Source of the DNA: an uncultured virus (IMG/VR IMGVR_UViG_3300046804_004946)
Lineage: Duplodnaviria; Heunggongvirae; Uroviricota; Caudoviricetes
IMG/VR virus record: IMGVR_UViG_3300046804_004946
Span: 62,001-119,839 of that record
Direction: 5' to 3' (one strand)
Length of the DNA: 57,839 bases
Under the pieces are notes generated by a model that worked only from the letters and a program-made list of their open reading frames with translations, had not been told where the DNA came from and did not search any database. Each line of letters opens with the position of its first letter. Position 1 is the first letter of the stretch. A program made the position numbers and the translations under genes. Positions 27,631-38,008 of the stretch are shown here, in pieces.

Positions 27631-28302
27631 ATGATTGATAATAAGGTTATTTTTAATTCCCAAACTTCAAGTACTGATTTATGTAAACTTGGTGCTATCT
27701 TTGAAGCAGATAAATCTCCATATAATCCAAGAAAGTGGCAACATGCTTACACTCCCTTTTATGATTTAATTTTTTCTCCAATTAGATATAAACCAATAGT
27801 TTTTGGTGAAATAGGAATTTTTAAAAATACTTCCATGCAAATGTGGAGAAAATATTTTCCAAATGCTATTCTTTACGGGTGGGACCACTCTGAAGAATTT
27901 TTACAGTATGCTAAAAATCAACAATTAGAAAACGTTCATTATGATTATATGAACGTTAAGGAAGAAACATCAATTAACGAATCTTTTCAAAAAACTAATG
28001 TTAAATTTGATGTTATTATTGATGATTCTAGTCATGAATTTTGGGATCAAATTAAAATAATTAGAAATGCTCATAAGTATTTAAATCCTGGAGGATATCT
28101 TATTATTGAAGATATTGATAGATTTAAAAACGAAGATGATTATTCAAGTCAAATTTGGATGTATAATCATATGTTATATTATAATCACATCTCATTTGTA
28201 GAAACTGAACATAAAAATAAATTTACAGAACCTTTTGATAATGACAAACTTTTAGTAATGGTTAGAAATAATACTCCACCATTTGATAATCCAAATTTAT
28301 AA
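27631..28302 (+). CDS. Class I SAM-dependent methyltransferase
   Basis: EIGI..S..MWRKYFPNA..YGWD; FDVIIDDSSH; LNPGGYLIIED. Confidence 0.85.
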   Translation: MIDNKVIFNSQTSSTDLCKLGAIFEADKSPYNPRKWQHAYTPFYDLIFSPIRYKPIVFGEIGIFKNTSMQMWRKYFPNAILYGWDHSEEFLQYAKNQQLENVHYDYMNVKEETSINESFQKTNVKFDVIIDDSSHEFWDQIKIIRNAHKYLNPGGYLIIEDIDRFKNEDDYSSQIWMYNHMLYYNHISFVETEHKNKFTEPFDNDKLLVMVRNNTPPFDNPNL

Positions 28303-28307
28303 TGTTT

Positions 28308-28345
28308 AAAGATGAGTTGCATAAACTCATCTTTTTTAGTATAAT
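28308..28345 (+). promoter_or_regulatory. Terminator hairpin overlapping the promoter of the glycan operon
   Basis: AAAGATGAGTT-GCATA-AACTCATCTTT; TTGCAT(28317)-17bp-TATAAT(28340). Confidence 0.65.
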
Positions 28346-28365
28346 GTTGAAAAGTACTTTGCTTT

Positions 28366-29367
28366 ATGAAAGTAGCATTAATAACAGGAATTACTGGACA
28401 AGACGGATCTTATCTTGCTGAACTTCTTTTAGAAAAAGGATATGAAGTTCATGGTATTGTTCGTCGAGCATCTTTGATTAATACCTATCGGATTGATCAT
28501 ATTTACGATCAAATTAAACTTCACTACGGTGATCTTACTGATTCTACAAATCTTGTAAGAGTGATTCAGCAAGTTCAACCAGATGAAATATATAATCTTG
28601 GCGCTCAAAGTCATGTAAAAGTGTCTTTTGAGATACCTGAATATACGGGTATGGTTGATGGCCTTGGAACTCTTCGTATTCTTGAGGCAGTTCGTCTTCT
28701 GGGAATGGAGAAAAAAACAAGAATCTATCAGGCATCAACGTCTGAAATGTTTGGTAAGGTTCAAGAAATTCCTCAATCAGAAACTACACCTTTTTATCCT
28801 CGTTCACCTTATGGAGTTGCAAAAGTTTATGGATACTGGATCGTCAAAAACTACAGAGAGTCTTATGGACTACATGCAAGTTCTGGAATTCTTTTCAATC
28901 ACGAATCCTCTCGCAGAGGAGAAACTTTTGTCACAAGAAAAATCACTCGCGGACTATCACGAATTTCAACTGGGCAACAGGACGTATTATATCTCGGAAA
29001 TTTAAACGCCAAACGTGACTGGGGACACGCTAAAGACTTCGTAGAGGCAATGTGGTTGATGCTTCAGCAGGATGAACCTGATGATTATGTGATTGCCACA
29101 GGGGAGCAATATTCCGTTCGCGCATTTGTTGAAACTGCTGCTCCTTATTTTGGTATGAACATCATTTGGAGAGGTGAAGGATTGGATGAAGTTGGTATTG
29201 ATAAACACACCAAAAGAGAGGTTATTAGGGTGAGCCCTAAATATTTTAGACCTGCTGAAGTAGAGACCTTATTAGGTGATGCCACTAAGGCAAAAGAAAA
29301 ATTAGGTTGGCAACCTAAGATTTCATTTAATCAATTAGTTGAGGACATGTGCATTTATGGACAGTGA
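28366..29367 (+). CDS. gmd: GDP-mannose 4,6-dehydratase
   Basis: [42 protein letters not shown]. Confidence 0.98.
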   Translation: MKVALITGITGQDGSYLAELLLEKGYEVHGIVRRASLINTYRIDHIYDQIKLHYGDLTDSTNLVRVIQQVQPDEIYNLGAQSHVKVSFEIPEYTGMVDGLGTLRILEAVRLLGMEKKTRIYQASTSEMFGKVQEIPQSETTPFYPRSPYGVAKVYGYWIVKNYRESYGLHASSGILFNHESSRRGETFVTRKITRGLSRISTGQQDVLYLGNLNAKRDWGHAKDFVEAMWLMLQQDEPDDYVIATGEQYSVRAFVETAAPYFGMNIIWRGEGLDEVGIDKHTKREVIRVSPKYFRPAEVETLLGDATKAKEKLGWQPKISFNQLVEDMCIYGQ

Positions 29368-30280
29368 TTCTAGAGTATTAGTTTGTGGTGCCAATGGAAT
29401 GGTTGGTTCTGCAATCGTGAGAAACCTTGAACAAAAAGGATATACAAACATTATTAAAGCAACTCGTAAATATGTAGACTTTACGGATGAATTAATAACT
29501 GATGAGTATATTCAATCCGTAGAACCTGATTATGTTTTTGTTGCCGCTGCTAAGGTTGGCGGCATTATGGCAAACAATAACTATAAAGCAGATTTCCTGA
29601 CTGAAAATCTTCGCATCCAAACCAACATTATTGATTCTTCTTATCGTTGGGGTGTAAAGAAACTTCTGTTCCTTGGTTCATCCTGCATCTATCCTAAGAT
29701 GGCAACACAACCAATTACTGAAGATCAGTTGATGACTGGTCCTTTAGAACCAACTAATGAAGGATATGCTCTTGCAAAAATAGTTGGTGTGAAGATGTGT
29801 GAAGCATATCGTCAGCAATATGGATTTAATGCCATTTCTCTGATGCCTACAAATCTTTATGGTCCGAATGACAACTTTGATCTGGAGTCATCCCATGTGC
29901 TTCCTGCGATGATTAGGAAGTTTCATGATGCTGTTCCTGGAGAAAGTGTCACTCTTTGGGGTGATGGTTCTGCTATGAGAGAGTTTCTACACGTTGATGA
30001 TCTTGCAGAGGCGTGTTATGTTTGTATGCAGAAATATGATGAAGCAGGACATATTAATATTGGAACTGGTGAAGATGTAACGATTAAAGAACTTGCCAAA
30101 ACAATTGTTAATGTTGTTAAGTTTATGGGAAATATTAAATGGGATAAAACAAAACCAAATGGAACTCCTCGTAAAGTTTTGAATGTGGATAAGATCAAGG
30201 CACTTGGATGGGAACCAAAGATTGGTCTTCGTGATGGTATTGAAACAACTTACAAATGGTATAAAGAAAATGCAATTTAA
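29357..30280 (+). CDS. fcl: GDP-L-fucose synthase / GDP-colitose synthase (Fcl/ColC family)
   Basis: [42 protein letters not shown]. Confidence 0.93.
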   Translation: MDSDSRVLVCGANGMVGSAIVRNLEQKGYTNIIKATRKYVDFTDELITDEYIQSVEPDYVFVAAAKVGGIMANNNYKADFLTENLRIQTNIIDSSYRWGVKKLLFLGSSCIYPKMATQPITEDQLMTGPLEPTNEGYALAKIVGVKMCEAYRQQYGFNAISLMPTNLYGPNDNFDLESSHVLPAMIRKFHDAVPGESVTLWGDGSAMREFLHVDDLAEACYVCMQKYDEAGHINIGTGEDVTIKELAKTIVNVVKFMGNIKWDKTKPNGTPRKVLNVDKIKALGWEPKIGLRDGIETTYKWYKENAI

Positions 30281-31433
30281 ATGGCCTTTGATGAAAAATA
30301 ATATCACTTTTAGTGATAGATTTAATCTTGCTAAATTTGTTTTAACTTCTGATCGTTTTACTAATGGTAAAATGGTTAAAAAGTTTGAAAGTGAATGGAG
30401 TAAATGGTTAGGTTCAAAATACTCTTTGTATGTTTCTTCTGGAAGTACTGCTAATTATTTACTTCTTTCTGCAGTAAAAGAACTGTATAATTTAAAAGAT
30501 GGTGATAAGGTTTTAGTTCCTTCTTGTACGTGGGTAACTAATATTGGTCCAGTTATTCAATTGGGATTTACTCCCATCTTTTGCGATATTAATATAAACA
30601 ATTTTAGTTTTTGTGAAGAAGATCTTCAATATATTGCAGAAAAACATCCCGATATTAAATTGATATTTGTTACTCATCTGATTGGATTTTCTGCTAATAC
30701 TGAAAGATATCGTAGTCTTTTTCCAAATGCTTTAATTTTGGATGATATTTGCGAATCTCATGGATGCAAATCTCCAGATGGATCTAAAAGAGGATCTGAC
30801 AGTTTAGGTGCAACTTTTAGTTTTTACTTTGGGCATCATATCTCAACAGTTGAAGGTGGAATGGTATCTACAAATAATTATGAACTGTATGACTTGATGA
30901 AGATGAAAAGAAGTCATGGTTTAGCAAGGGAATCTACCAGATATAAAGAGTATGTTGAAAAATATCCAGATATTTCTGATCAATTTCTTTTTGTGACAGA
31001 TGGATATAATTTTAGGAATCATGAACTTGGTGCTGTTTTAGGATTATCTCAACTTAAAAGATTAGATAATTATATTGAAATAAGAAATAAAAATTATTTA
31101 AATTTTATAAATCTTGTAAAAAATTATTCAGATAAATTTATTATTCCAAAATATTATCCAACGTGTAGTAATTTTTGTTTTCCTCTAATTTGTAAGACTA
31201 AAGATATTGCAGATAGACTTAAAAAATTGTTTGCTGAAAATGGTGTAGAGCATAGACCTATAATTAGTGGAAATTTATTAAAACAACCATTCTTGGAAGG
31301 ATATAAAATAATATCAAATAAAGATCAACTTAATGTTGATTTAATTCATGAGAATGGAATTTATCTCGGAAATAATCATTTTATTGGTGATAAAGAAATT
31401 AATTTGCTTAAAAATATTTTAGAAAAATTATGA
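30270..31433 (+). CDS. colD: PLP-dependent DegT-family enzyme, ColD-like GDP-4-keto-6-deoxymannose 3-dehydratase
   Basis: SSGSTAN; DDICESHG; SFYFGHHISTVEGG with His in place of the PLP lysine; adjacent to gmd/fcl. Confidence 0.75.
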   Translation: MQFKWPLMKNNITFSDRFNLAKFVLTSDRFTNGKMVKKFESEWSKWLGSKYSLYVSSGSTANYLLLSAVKELYNLKDGDKVLVPSCTWVTNIGPVIQLGFTPIFCDININNFSFCEEDLQYIAEKHPDIKLIFVTHLIGFSANTERYRSLFPNALILDDICESHGCKSPDGSKRGSDSLGATFSFYFGHHISTVEGGMVSTNNYELYDLMKMKRSHGLARESTRYKEYVEKYPDISDQFLFVTDGYNFRNHELGAVLGLSQLKRLDNYIEIRNKNYLNFINLVKNYSDKFIIPKYYPTCSNFCFPLICKTKDIADRLKKLFAENGVEHRPIISGNLLKQPFLEGYKIISNKDQLNVDLIHENGIYLGNNHFIGDKEINLLKNILEKL

Positions 31434-32218
31434 CTTTTTCTTTTAATCAGTTAGGTAATAATGGGCATTTAGGAAATCAAATGTTTCAATATGCCTTCAT
31501 TAAAGCAGTTGCAAAAAAGTATAATACAACTTTTTGCATACCTCCAAAAGAAATTTTTGGTAAGTATTATTATCAAAGACTCTTTAGTAATATTGATGAT
31601 TGTTTTGATATTAAATGTGATAGAGAACTAAAACAATATTCTTCTATTCATGAAAAATTTTTTCATTATGATAGTGATTTAGTTGAAAATATTAGTGGTA
31701 ATTGCAATTTTGTTGGGTATTTTCAATCAGAAAAATATTTTAAAAGTATAGAAGACGAATTACGTTCTGTTGATTTTGTTTTTAAAAATAATATTCAAGA
31801 AGATTGTCAAGAAATAGTTGAAGAATATACGGGATCAATAGCACTTCATATACGACGAAATGATTATGTAACAAATCCAAGTCATCCTTTACAAAATAAT
31901 CAATATTATAGTGATGCTCTTGAACAGTTTCCTCAAGATTTACCAGTTCTTGTTTTTTCGGATGATATTGAATGGTGTAAAAAACAAGAACTGTTTTCTG
32001 AAGATAGATTTTTAATTTCAGAAACTGAAAATCCTTACTTTGATTTGTATATTATGAGTCAGTGTGCTTATCATATTATTTGTAATAGCACTTTTAGTTG
32101 GTGGGGAGCATGGTTGGCGAATAGTAAAAATGTGATTGCTCCTAAAAATTGGTTTTCTGGGGATTGTATTAATCACAATACTAAAGATTTGTATTTGCCT
32201 CACTGGAAAATTTTATGA
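31430..32218 (+). CDS. Alpha-1,2-fucosyl/colitosyl-transferase, GT11
   Basis: GHLGNQMFQYA; GYFQSEKYF; HIRRNDY; FSDDIEWC; NSTFSWWGAWL. Confidence 0.93.
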   Translation: MTFSFNQLGNNGHLGNQMFQYAFIKAVAKKYNTTFCIPPKEIFGKYYYQRLFSNIDDCFDIKCDRELKQYSSIHEKFFHYDSDLVENISGNCNFVGYFQSEKYFKSIEDELRSVDFVFKNNIQEDCQEIVEEYTGSIALHIRRNDYVTNPSHPLQNNQYYSDALEQFPQDLPVLVFSDDIEWCKKQELFSEDRFLISETENPYFDLYIMSQCAYHIICNSTFSWWGAWLANSKNVIAPKNWFSGDCINHNTKDLYLPHWKIL

Positions 32219-33498
32219 AAAATATAAATCAATATAATTGTGTTTATTATTGTTTTTATGGTGATTTTAGATATAAAGAATTGTTAGAATTGTCTGTTAA
32301 TTCTTTAAATAAATTTATTAGTAAAGAAAATATTTTTGTTTTTAGTGAGTATGATATTCCAGAATTGCAAATTTATTGTAATGTAATTAAAACAGAGTTT
32401 CCACAAACTCACGCTAAGCGTATGGCATATCGCTTAATTTTGGGTAAAGAACTATTGAAAAATTATGATAGAGTTCTTCATTTAGATGTAGACACTCTTG
32501 TTCTTGATAATATTGATGACATTTTTATATCTTTTGAGGATGGAAAATTATCATTCGCAACAGAAGATTTAGAAAATCCGCATAAAATTACTGGAAGTTT
32601 TTGGGCAGGACCTTTATTAAATGAAGATGAACTAGTAAAATATTCTAATGTGAATAGTATATGTTGTGGTGTTTTTGGATTTAATAAAAGCGCATATAAA
32701 ATTTTAGAAGATATTTATAAGTTTATTGTTGAGTGTGAAGACTCTGGATTTTATGGATCTCATGTTGATCAACATGGGTTTGTAACTTATGTGCTACGAA
32801 ATAATTTATATAATTATAATCTTCAACAACATGTTTCTCATTTTCCAAGCTCTATCTTAGATAAAACTAAGTTTAAAATTTATCATTTTGCTGGTGGTGT
32901 AGTATCGGATAATAAGTATAATTATATGAAAAAATTTTTAATTCAAACTATAGATAATAGAAATAATCTTTTGGACTTTCTTCCAAAAAATTTAAAAATA
33001 GCAGAACTTGGTATTTTTAAAGGTGATTTTTCTAAAATTATTTTAGAAAAATTATTACCCTCTGAATTATTTCTTGTTGATATATTTCCAGAAAATATGT
33101 GTTCTGGTGACAAAGATGGAAATAATATTGTTTTTCTTAATCTTAGTGAAATGTATGATCAAATTTTGAAAGAATTTAAAGATTTTGATAACGTAAAAAT
33201 AGTTAGATCATATACTTTAGATTTTCTAAATTCTCTAGAAGATGAATATTTAGATGCAGTTTATATTGATGCCGACCATACTTATGAAGCAGTAAAAAAA
33301 GATTTAGAATTATCTTTTAGAAAAGTTAAAACTGGTGGGATAATTATGGGACACGACTATAGCGATATTATGTTTCCTGACGTTGTAAAAGCTGTAGATG
33401 AATTTTGTAATAATATGGGATTGCAAATAAGTTATTTGACAAATGATGGGTGCCCAACATATTTAATATATAAAACATTAAATGATAAAACTTTATGA
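32215..33498 (+). CDS. Fused GT-A glycosyltransferase (GT8-like) and SAM methyltransferase
   Basis: N-half YDRVLHLDVD...DQ...IYHFAG; C-half AELGIFKG...YIDADHTY...GGIIMGHDY. Confidence 0.8.
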   Translation: MKNINQYNCVYYCFYGDFRYKELLELSVNSLNKFISKENIFVFSEYDIPELQIYCNVIKTEFPQTHAKRMAYRLILGKELLKNYDRVLHLDVDTLVLDNIDDIFISFEDGKLSFATEDLENPHKITGSFWAGPLLNEDELVKYSNVNSICCGVFGFNKSAYKILEDIYKFIVECEDSGFYGSHVDQHGFVTYVLRNNLYNYNLQQHVSHFPSSILDKTKFKIYHFAGGVVSDNKYNYMKKFLIQTIDNRNNLLDFLPKNLKIAELGIFKGDFSKIILEKLLPSELFLVDIFPENMCSGDKDGNNIVFLNLSEMYDQILKEFKDFDNVKIVRSYTLDFLNSLEDEYLDAVYIDADHTYEAVKKDLELSFRKVKTGGIIMGHDYSDIMFPDVVKAVDEFCNNMGLQISYLTNDGCPTYLIYKTLNDKTL

Positions 33499-33593
33499 AT
33501 TTGTATGTTTATTTAATCAAATAGAATTACCCCTCAAAAATGCTGTATAGATAATATTGAACATAACGTAATATTAGATAATTTGATAAAAAT

Positions 33594-34289
33594 ATGAAAA
33601 TCTGTATCCTGTGTATTGCTACAAATAAGTACATTCGGTTTGTTGAAAGACTCCTTGATAATATTGAAGAAAACTTTCTTAATGGACATGAGATTGAGTG
33701 TTTACTGTTTACTGACCATGAAGTAGAAACATCTGATAACGTAAGAGTTTGTCAGATTGATCACGAACCTTGGCCAATGCCTACCCTGAAAAGGTACAAC
33801 TACTTCATAAAAGAGAAGGAGTTTATCTCCCAGTTTGATTATTGTTTCTACTTCGACGTGGATATGGGTTTGGTAGATAAGGTCGGTGATGAGGTTCTAA
33901 GCGATCTAGTTGCCACTCAGCATCCCTACCAGTCCTTCTATCCAAAGGAACAGAGGACTTACGATAGAAACCCACAGTCGCTCGCATACGTGCCTGTGGG
34001 TCAGGAAGGGGAGAACTATTATGCTGGTGGGTTCAATGGTGGTTCTACCAAACGGTTTCTTGAGATGTCAGAAGTGATTGCTGAAAAAGTAAAAAAAGAT
34101 CTTGAAAATGAAGTGATTGCTCTTTGGCATGATGAATCTCATATGAATCGTTATTTGATTGACAATCCCCCAACATTAAGTTTAACACCTTCATATTGTT
34201 TTGCTGAAGAGCAACTTGACAATCTAAATTATCCATTTCATGCTAAAATTATTGCATTAAAGAAAAATCATCAAGAACTTAGAAATTAA
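33594..34289 (+). CDS. Glycosyltransferase family 6 (ABO/alpha-1,3-Gal(NAc)-transferase-like)
   Basis: IATNKY; LFTD; WPMPTLKR; FDVD; YYAGGFNGG; ALWHDESHMNRY. Confidence 0.92.
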   Translation: MKICILCIATNKYIRFVERLLDNIEENFLNGHEIECLLFTDHEVETSDNVRVCQIDHEPWPMPTLKRYNYFIKEKEFISQFDYCFYFDVDMGLVDKVGDEVLSDLVATQHPYQSFYPKEQRTYDRNPQSLAYVPVGQEGENYYAGGFNGGSTKRFLEMSEVIAEKVKKDLENEVIALWHDESHMNRYLIDNPPTLSLTPSYCFAEEQLDNLNYPFHAKIIALKKNHQELRN

Positions 34290-34291
34290 TA

Positions 34292-35023
34292 ATGAAAAAT
34301 ATTGCTATTATTTTTATTGGAACTGGAAAGTATGCAGATTTCTTTCCAAAATATTATGAAAATTGTGAAAAATATTTTTTAACAAATTCTGAAAAAACAT
34401 ATTTTTGTTTTACCGATGCTGATTTTGGAGGAGAAATTCCTAATAATATTAAAATAATTGAAACCCAACTTGAGAAATGGCCATTACCAACTTTACATAG
34501 ATTTAAAACTATTTTAAAAGAAAAAAATAATTTACTTAATTACGATTATTTGATTTATCTAGATGCTGATATGTTAGTAAATCAAAAAATTTTGGAGGAA
34601 GAAATTTTAACAGAAAAAGATTTCATAGGAGTTTATCACCCAGGATTCTATAAAAAGTCTCAAGGAATTCCTTATGAAAAAAGAAGAATTTCTCAAGCAT
34701 ATGTTGAAGAAGATACTGGTAGGTATTGGCAAGGATCTCTATGGGGTGGAAGAGTTCCTTATGTGTTTGAAATGATTCAAAAACTTCATCAACAAATTCA
34801 AATAGATTTGGAAAAAAATATAATTGCAGAATGGCATGATGAAAGTCATATTAATAAGTTTTTCTTGGAAAATAGTGAAAGGGTTTATACTCTTGGACCA
34901 GAATATTCTTTTCCAGAAGTTTATGATATTGATCCGAATAAAGATCTAAATTATCCTAATATTGATCCAACCCAAAGAAAAATAATTCATTTATTAAAAA
35001 ATCATTCTGAAATTAGAAAATAA
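34292..35023 (+). CDS. Second glycosyltransferase family 6
   Basis: IGTGKY; FTD; WPLPTLHRF; LDAD; YWQGSLWGG; AEWHDESHINKF. Confidence 0.9.
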   Translation: MKNIAIIFIGTGKYADFFPKYYENCEKYFLTNSEKTYFCFTDADFGGEIPNNIKIIETQLEKWPLPTLHRFKTILKEKNNLLNYDYLIYLDADMLVNQKILEEEILTEKDFIGVYHPGFYKKSQGIPYEKRRISQAYVEEDTGRYWQGSLWGGRVPYVFEMIQKLHQQIQIDLEKNIIAEWHDESHINKFFLENSERVYTLGPEYSFPEVYDIDPNKDLNYPNIDPTQRKIIHLLKNHSEIRK

Positions 35024-35024
35024 T

Positions 35025-35663
35025 ATGAAACTTAATTTATTGGAAATTCCAGTTTACTATATCAATATGGAAAAAGATATTGATAAAAATAAAAAAATAA
35101 AAAAAATAATATCTGATTGTGGATTTACAAATTCTACTAGAGTTGAGGGGTTGGAGCATAAAAATCCCATGTCTGGATGTGCAGCATCCCACTACACGAT
35201 ATTAAGTTCTTTTGAACCACCTTATATAATTTTGGAAGATGATTGTGACATTAAAAATTTTCATCCAATTATAGAAGTTCCTGATGATTCTGATATAATT
35301 TATCTTGGAATATCTTCTTGGGGAAGAATGAATTCGCATTCTGGACCGTGTGTGAAATATGATATTTTAGATAATGGGTTATTGAAAATATATAATATGC
35401 TTAGTACACATGCTATGCTATTTCTTACAGAAGAATATTGTTCTATATGTAAAAATATAGCAAAATATTTTTATCAAATAGGAGATCATCTTGATATCGG
35501 ATTTGCTGAAATTCAAAAATATTATAATGCTTATGCGTTTGATGATCCTATGTTTTATCAAACAAGTTCAAATGGAACTGATATGAAATTAAGTTCTTAT
35601 CCTAGTGTTGATTTTTTTAACTTAAATAGAAATTTTTGGAAACCTTTGGAGATTAAAAAATGA
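35025..35663 (+). CDS. GT25-like glycosyltransferase
   Basis: VYYINM; GCAASH; IILEDD; IIYLG. Confidence 0.75.
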   Translation: MKLNLLEIPVYYINMEKDIDKNKKIKKIISDCGFTNSTRVEGLEHKNPMSGCAASHYTILSSFEPPYIILEDDCDIKNFHPIIEVPDDSDIIYLGISSWGRMNSHSGPCVKYDILDNGLLKIYNMLSTHAMLFLTEEYCSICKNIAKYFYQIGDHLDIGFAEIQKYYNAYAFDDPMFYQTSSNGTDMKLSSYPSVDFFNLNRNFWKPLEIKK

Positions 35664-36556
35664 AGAGTTTAGTAACTGGTGGTGCTGGATTTATCGGATC
35701 AAATCTTGTAGATCGTCTTATTGATTTGGGGCACGAAGTAATTGTAATTGATAATGAATATTCTGATGTTCATGAACACTTTTATTGGAATGACAGGGCA
35801 CAAAATTACAAGTATGATATTCGTGACTATGAAAATACACGACCTCTTTACGATGGTGTAGATTATGTTTTTCATCTTGCTGCGGAAGCACGTATTCAAC
35901 CTGCTATTTTAAATCCAATTGAAGCAGTTAGTATCAACTCTGTAGGAACTTGTACTGTTCTTCAATGTGCTAGAGAAGCGGGAGTGAAAAGAGTAATGTA
36001 TTCTTCTACTTCTTCTGGATATGGAATGAATGAACCACCTAATATAGAAACTCAACCCGACGATTGTTTAAATCCATATTCGGTTTCAAAAGTAAATGGT
36101 GAAAAATTATGTAAAATGTATACGAAACTCTATGGTCTTCAAACTATATGCTTTAGGTATTTTAATGTTTATGGTGAAAGACAACCACTTCGTGGTCAAT
36201 ATGCTCCCGTAATTGGTATTTTCTTACGTCAACGTGCAGCAGGTGAAGAATTGACTATTGTTGGTGATGGAAATCAAAGAAGAGATTTTACTTATGTTGG
36301 TGATGTTGTGAATGCAAATATCCTTGCTGCAACAACCAATGTTGATTCAGAGGCATTTGGGCAAGTTTATAATGTTGGAACTGGCAATAATTATTCCATT
36401 AATCAAATTGCTAGGATGATTGGACATCCTTCAATAAATATTTCTCCTCGTCCTGGAGAAGCAAGAGTAAGTCTTGCCAATAATCAAAAACTTCGCAAAA
36501 CTTTTGGTTGGGAACCAACTGTAAAACTTGAAGAATGGATTAATTCTCAACTCTAA
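35660..36556 (+). CDS. galE: NAD-dependent epimerase (UDP-Glc/GlcNAc 4-epimerase-like)
   Basis: LVTGGAGFIGS; VFHLAA; PYSVSK; FRYFNVYG. Confidence 0.85.
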   Translation: MKSLVTGGAGFIGSNLVDRLIDLGHEVIVIDNEYSDVHEHFYWNDRAQNYKYDIRDYENTRPLYDGVDYVFHLAAEARIQPAILNPIEAVSINSVGTCTVLQCAREAGVKRVMYSSTSSGYGMNEPPNIETQPDDCLNPYSVSKVNGEKLCKMYTKLYGLQTICFRYFNVYGERQPLRGQYAPVIGIFLRQRAAGEELTIVGDGNQRRDFTYVGDVVNANILAATTNVDSEAFGQVYNVGTGNNYSINQIARMIGHPSINISPRPGEARVSLANNQKLRKTFGWEPTVKLEEWINSQL

Positions 36557-36568
36557 TATTTTAATAAC

Positions 36569-38008
36569 ATGAAAATAAAAATTTTTTCTTTCGTTTTTAA
36601 TAGACCAGATATTTTACAACATCAAATAAACTCTATTAAAAAGTTTTTAATTGGTGATTGTGAAATTAATGTAGTTTATGATACTAGAGATAATGAATAT
36701 TATGAGCAGTTTAAAAATATATGTCAAAATAATGATGTAAATTTTTATTGCCATGTATCTGAACCAGGTCAAACACCAAGTTTTTATAATGGACAGGTAA
36801 TTAGTTGGATTTATGAAAATCAGATCTTAAAAGATGATGATGATTATATGGTTATTTTTTTAGATCATGATATGTTTTTAATTAGTGATTTTAATCCATA
36901 TCTTGAAGTTGGTGAATATGATGTATTTGGATTATTGCAAACCCGTAAAAATATTCAATATGTTTGGCCTGGACTTTGTGGATTTAAAAAATCTTCTGTA
37001 AAAAATATTGAATTTGATTTTTATCCAAAAATTGTAGATGGACAATCTTTAGACACAGGTGGTGGGACATATTCTTTATTAAGTAATCAAAAAATTAAAT
37101 TTTTTGATAGTGGAGTTGAATATCCAGATGAATACTGTGGGTTAAATTTAAAAGATAAATCTTTAACCAATGGATATAATTATGAACTTCATTTTAAAGG
37201 TAAATTTTTACATTTTAGAAATGCTTGTAGTTGGCATAATGAATATCAAGTAAATGATATTGAAAAAACAAACCTTTTATTTAAAATTTTATCTGATGTT
37301 ATAGAAGATAATGATAAAAAATATTTTGAAATAGTTGTTGCCAGATATAATGAAAATATTGAATGGACAAAAAATTATTTAAATTATATCACTCTTTATA
37401 ATAAAGGGGATGATATAATTGATAATGCAATTCCTTTAAAAAATATTGGTAGAGAACCTCATACATACCTGCATCATATTATTAATAATTATGATAATCT
37501 AGCAAATTATACTATATTTCTTCAGGGAAATCCTTTTGATCACATTTACCCTCATCAGGATCAACAAGAAAGACTTTTTAATCTTTTAAATGATATCATT
37601 TTTAATGATAAACAAATTGGAGATTTTTATAAAATACTTGCATGTGTTATAACTGGTGATTATGAATATATAAGAGAACCGTATCATATGGAGTGTCCAA
37701 ATATAGTGGATGCTTATGTTAAAGTGTTTGATCGTTTACCTGCAGAAGGGGAAACGTATACTTATGCATCTGGTGCTCAATTTGTCGTATCAAAAAAAGC
37801 AATACATTCAAGACCAATAGAGTTTTATAAGAATATACTTAAAATATTTGAATACGATCCAAGTGTTGATGGATATGATGAAGTAAATGAAAAACTACTT
37901 CAAGTTAATGAAAGATATTTTGATGGTAAAAATAGATATAATCCAAATAATCCACAAATGGCATATCATGTTGAAAGATTTTGGAGATTAATATTTAATG
38001 AAATATGA
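36569..38008 (+). CDS. Fusion of a GT-A-like domain and a DUF3431-like domain
   Basis: N-half IFLDHD; C-half IVVARYNENIEW...NIGREPHTYLHHII.NYD...FLQGNPFDH...GAQF.V...ERFW. Confidence 0.7.
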   Translation: MKIKIFSFVFNRPDILQHQINSIKKFLIGDCEINVVYDTRDNEYYEQFKNICQNNDVNFYCHVSEPGQTPSFYNGQVISWIYENQILKDDDDYMVIFLDHDMFLISDFNPYLEVGEYDVFGLLQTRKNIQYVWPGLCGFKKSSVKNIEFDFYPKIVDGQSLDTGGGTYSLLSNQKIKFFDSGVEYPDEYCGLNLKDKSLTNGYNYELHFKGKFLHFRNACSWHNEYQVNDIEKTNLLFKILSDVIEDNDKKYFEIVVARYNENIEWTKNYLNYITLYNKGDDIIDNAIPLKNIGREPHTYLHHIINNYDNLANYTIFLQGNPFDHIYPHQDQQERLFNLLNDIIFNDKQIGDFYKILACVITGDYEYIREPYHMECPNIVDAYVKVFDRLPAEGETYTYASGAQFVVSKKAIHSRPIEFYKNILKIFEYDPSVDGYDEVNEKLLQVNERYFDGKNRYNPNNPQMAYHVERFWRLIFNEI

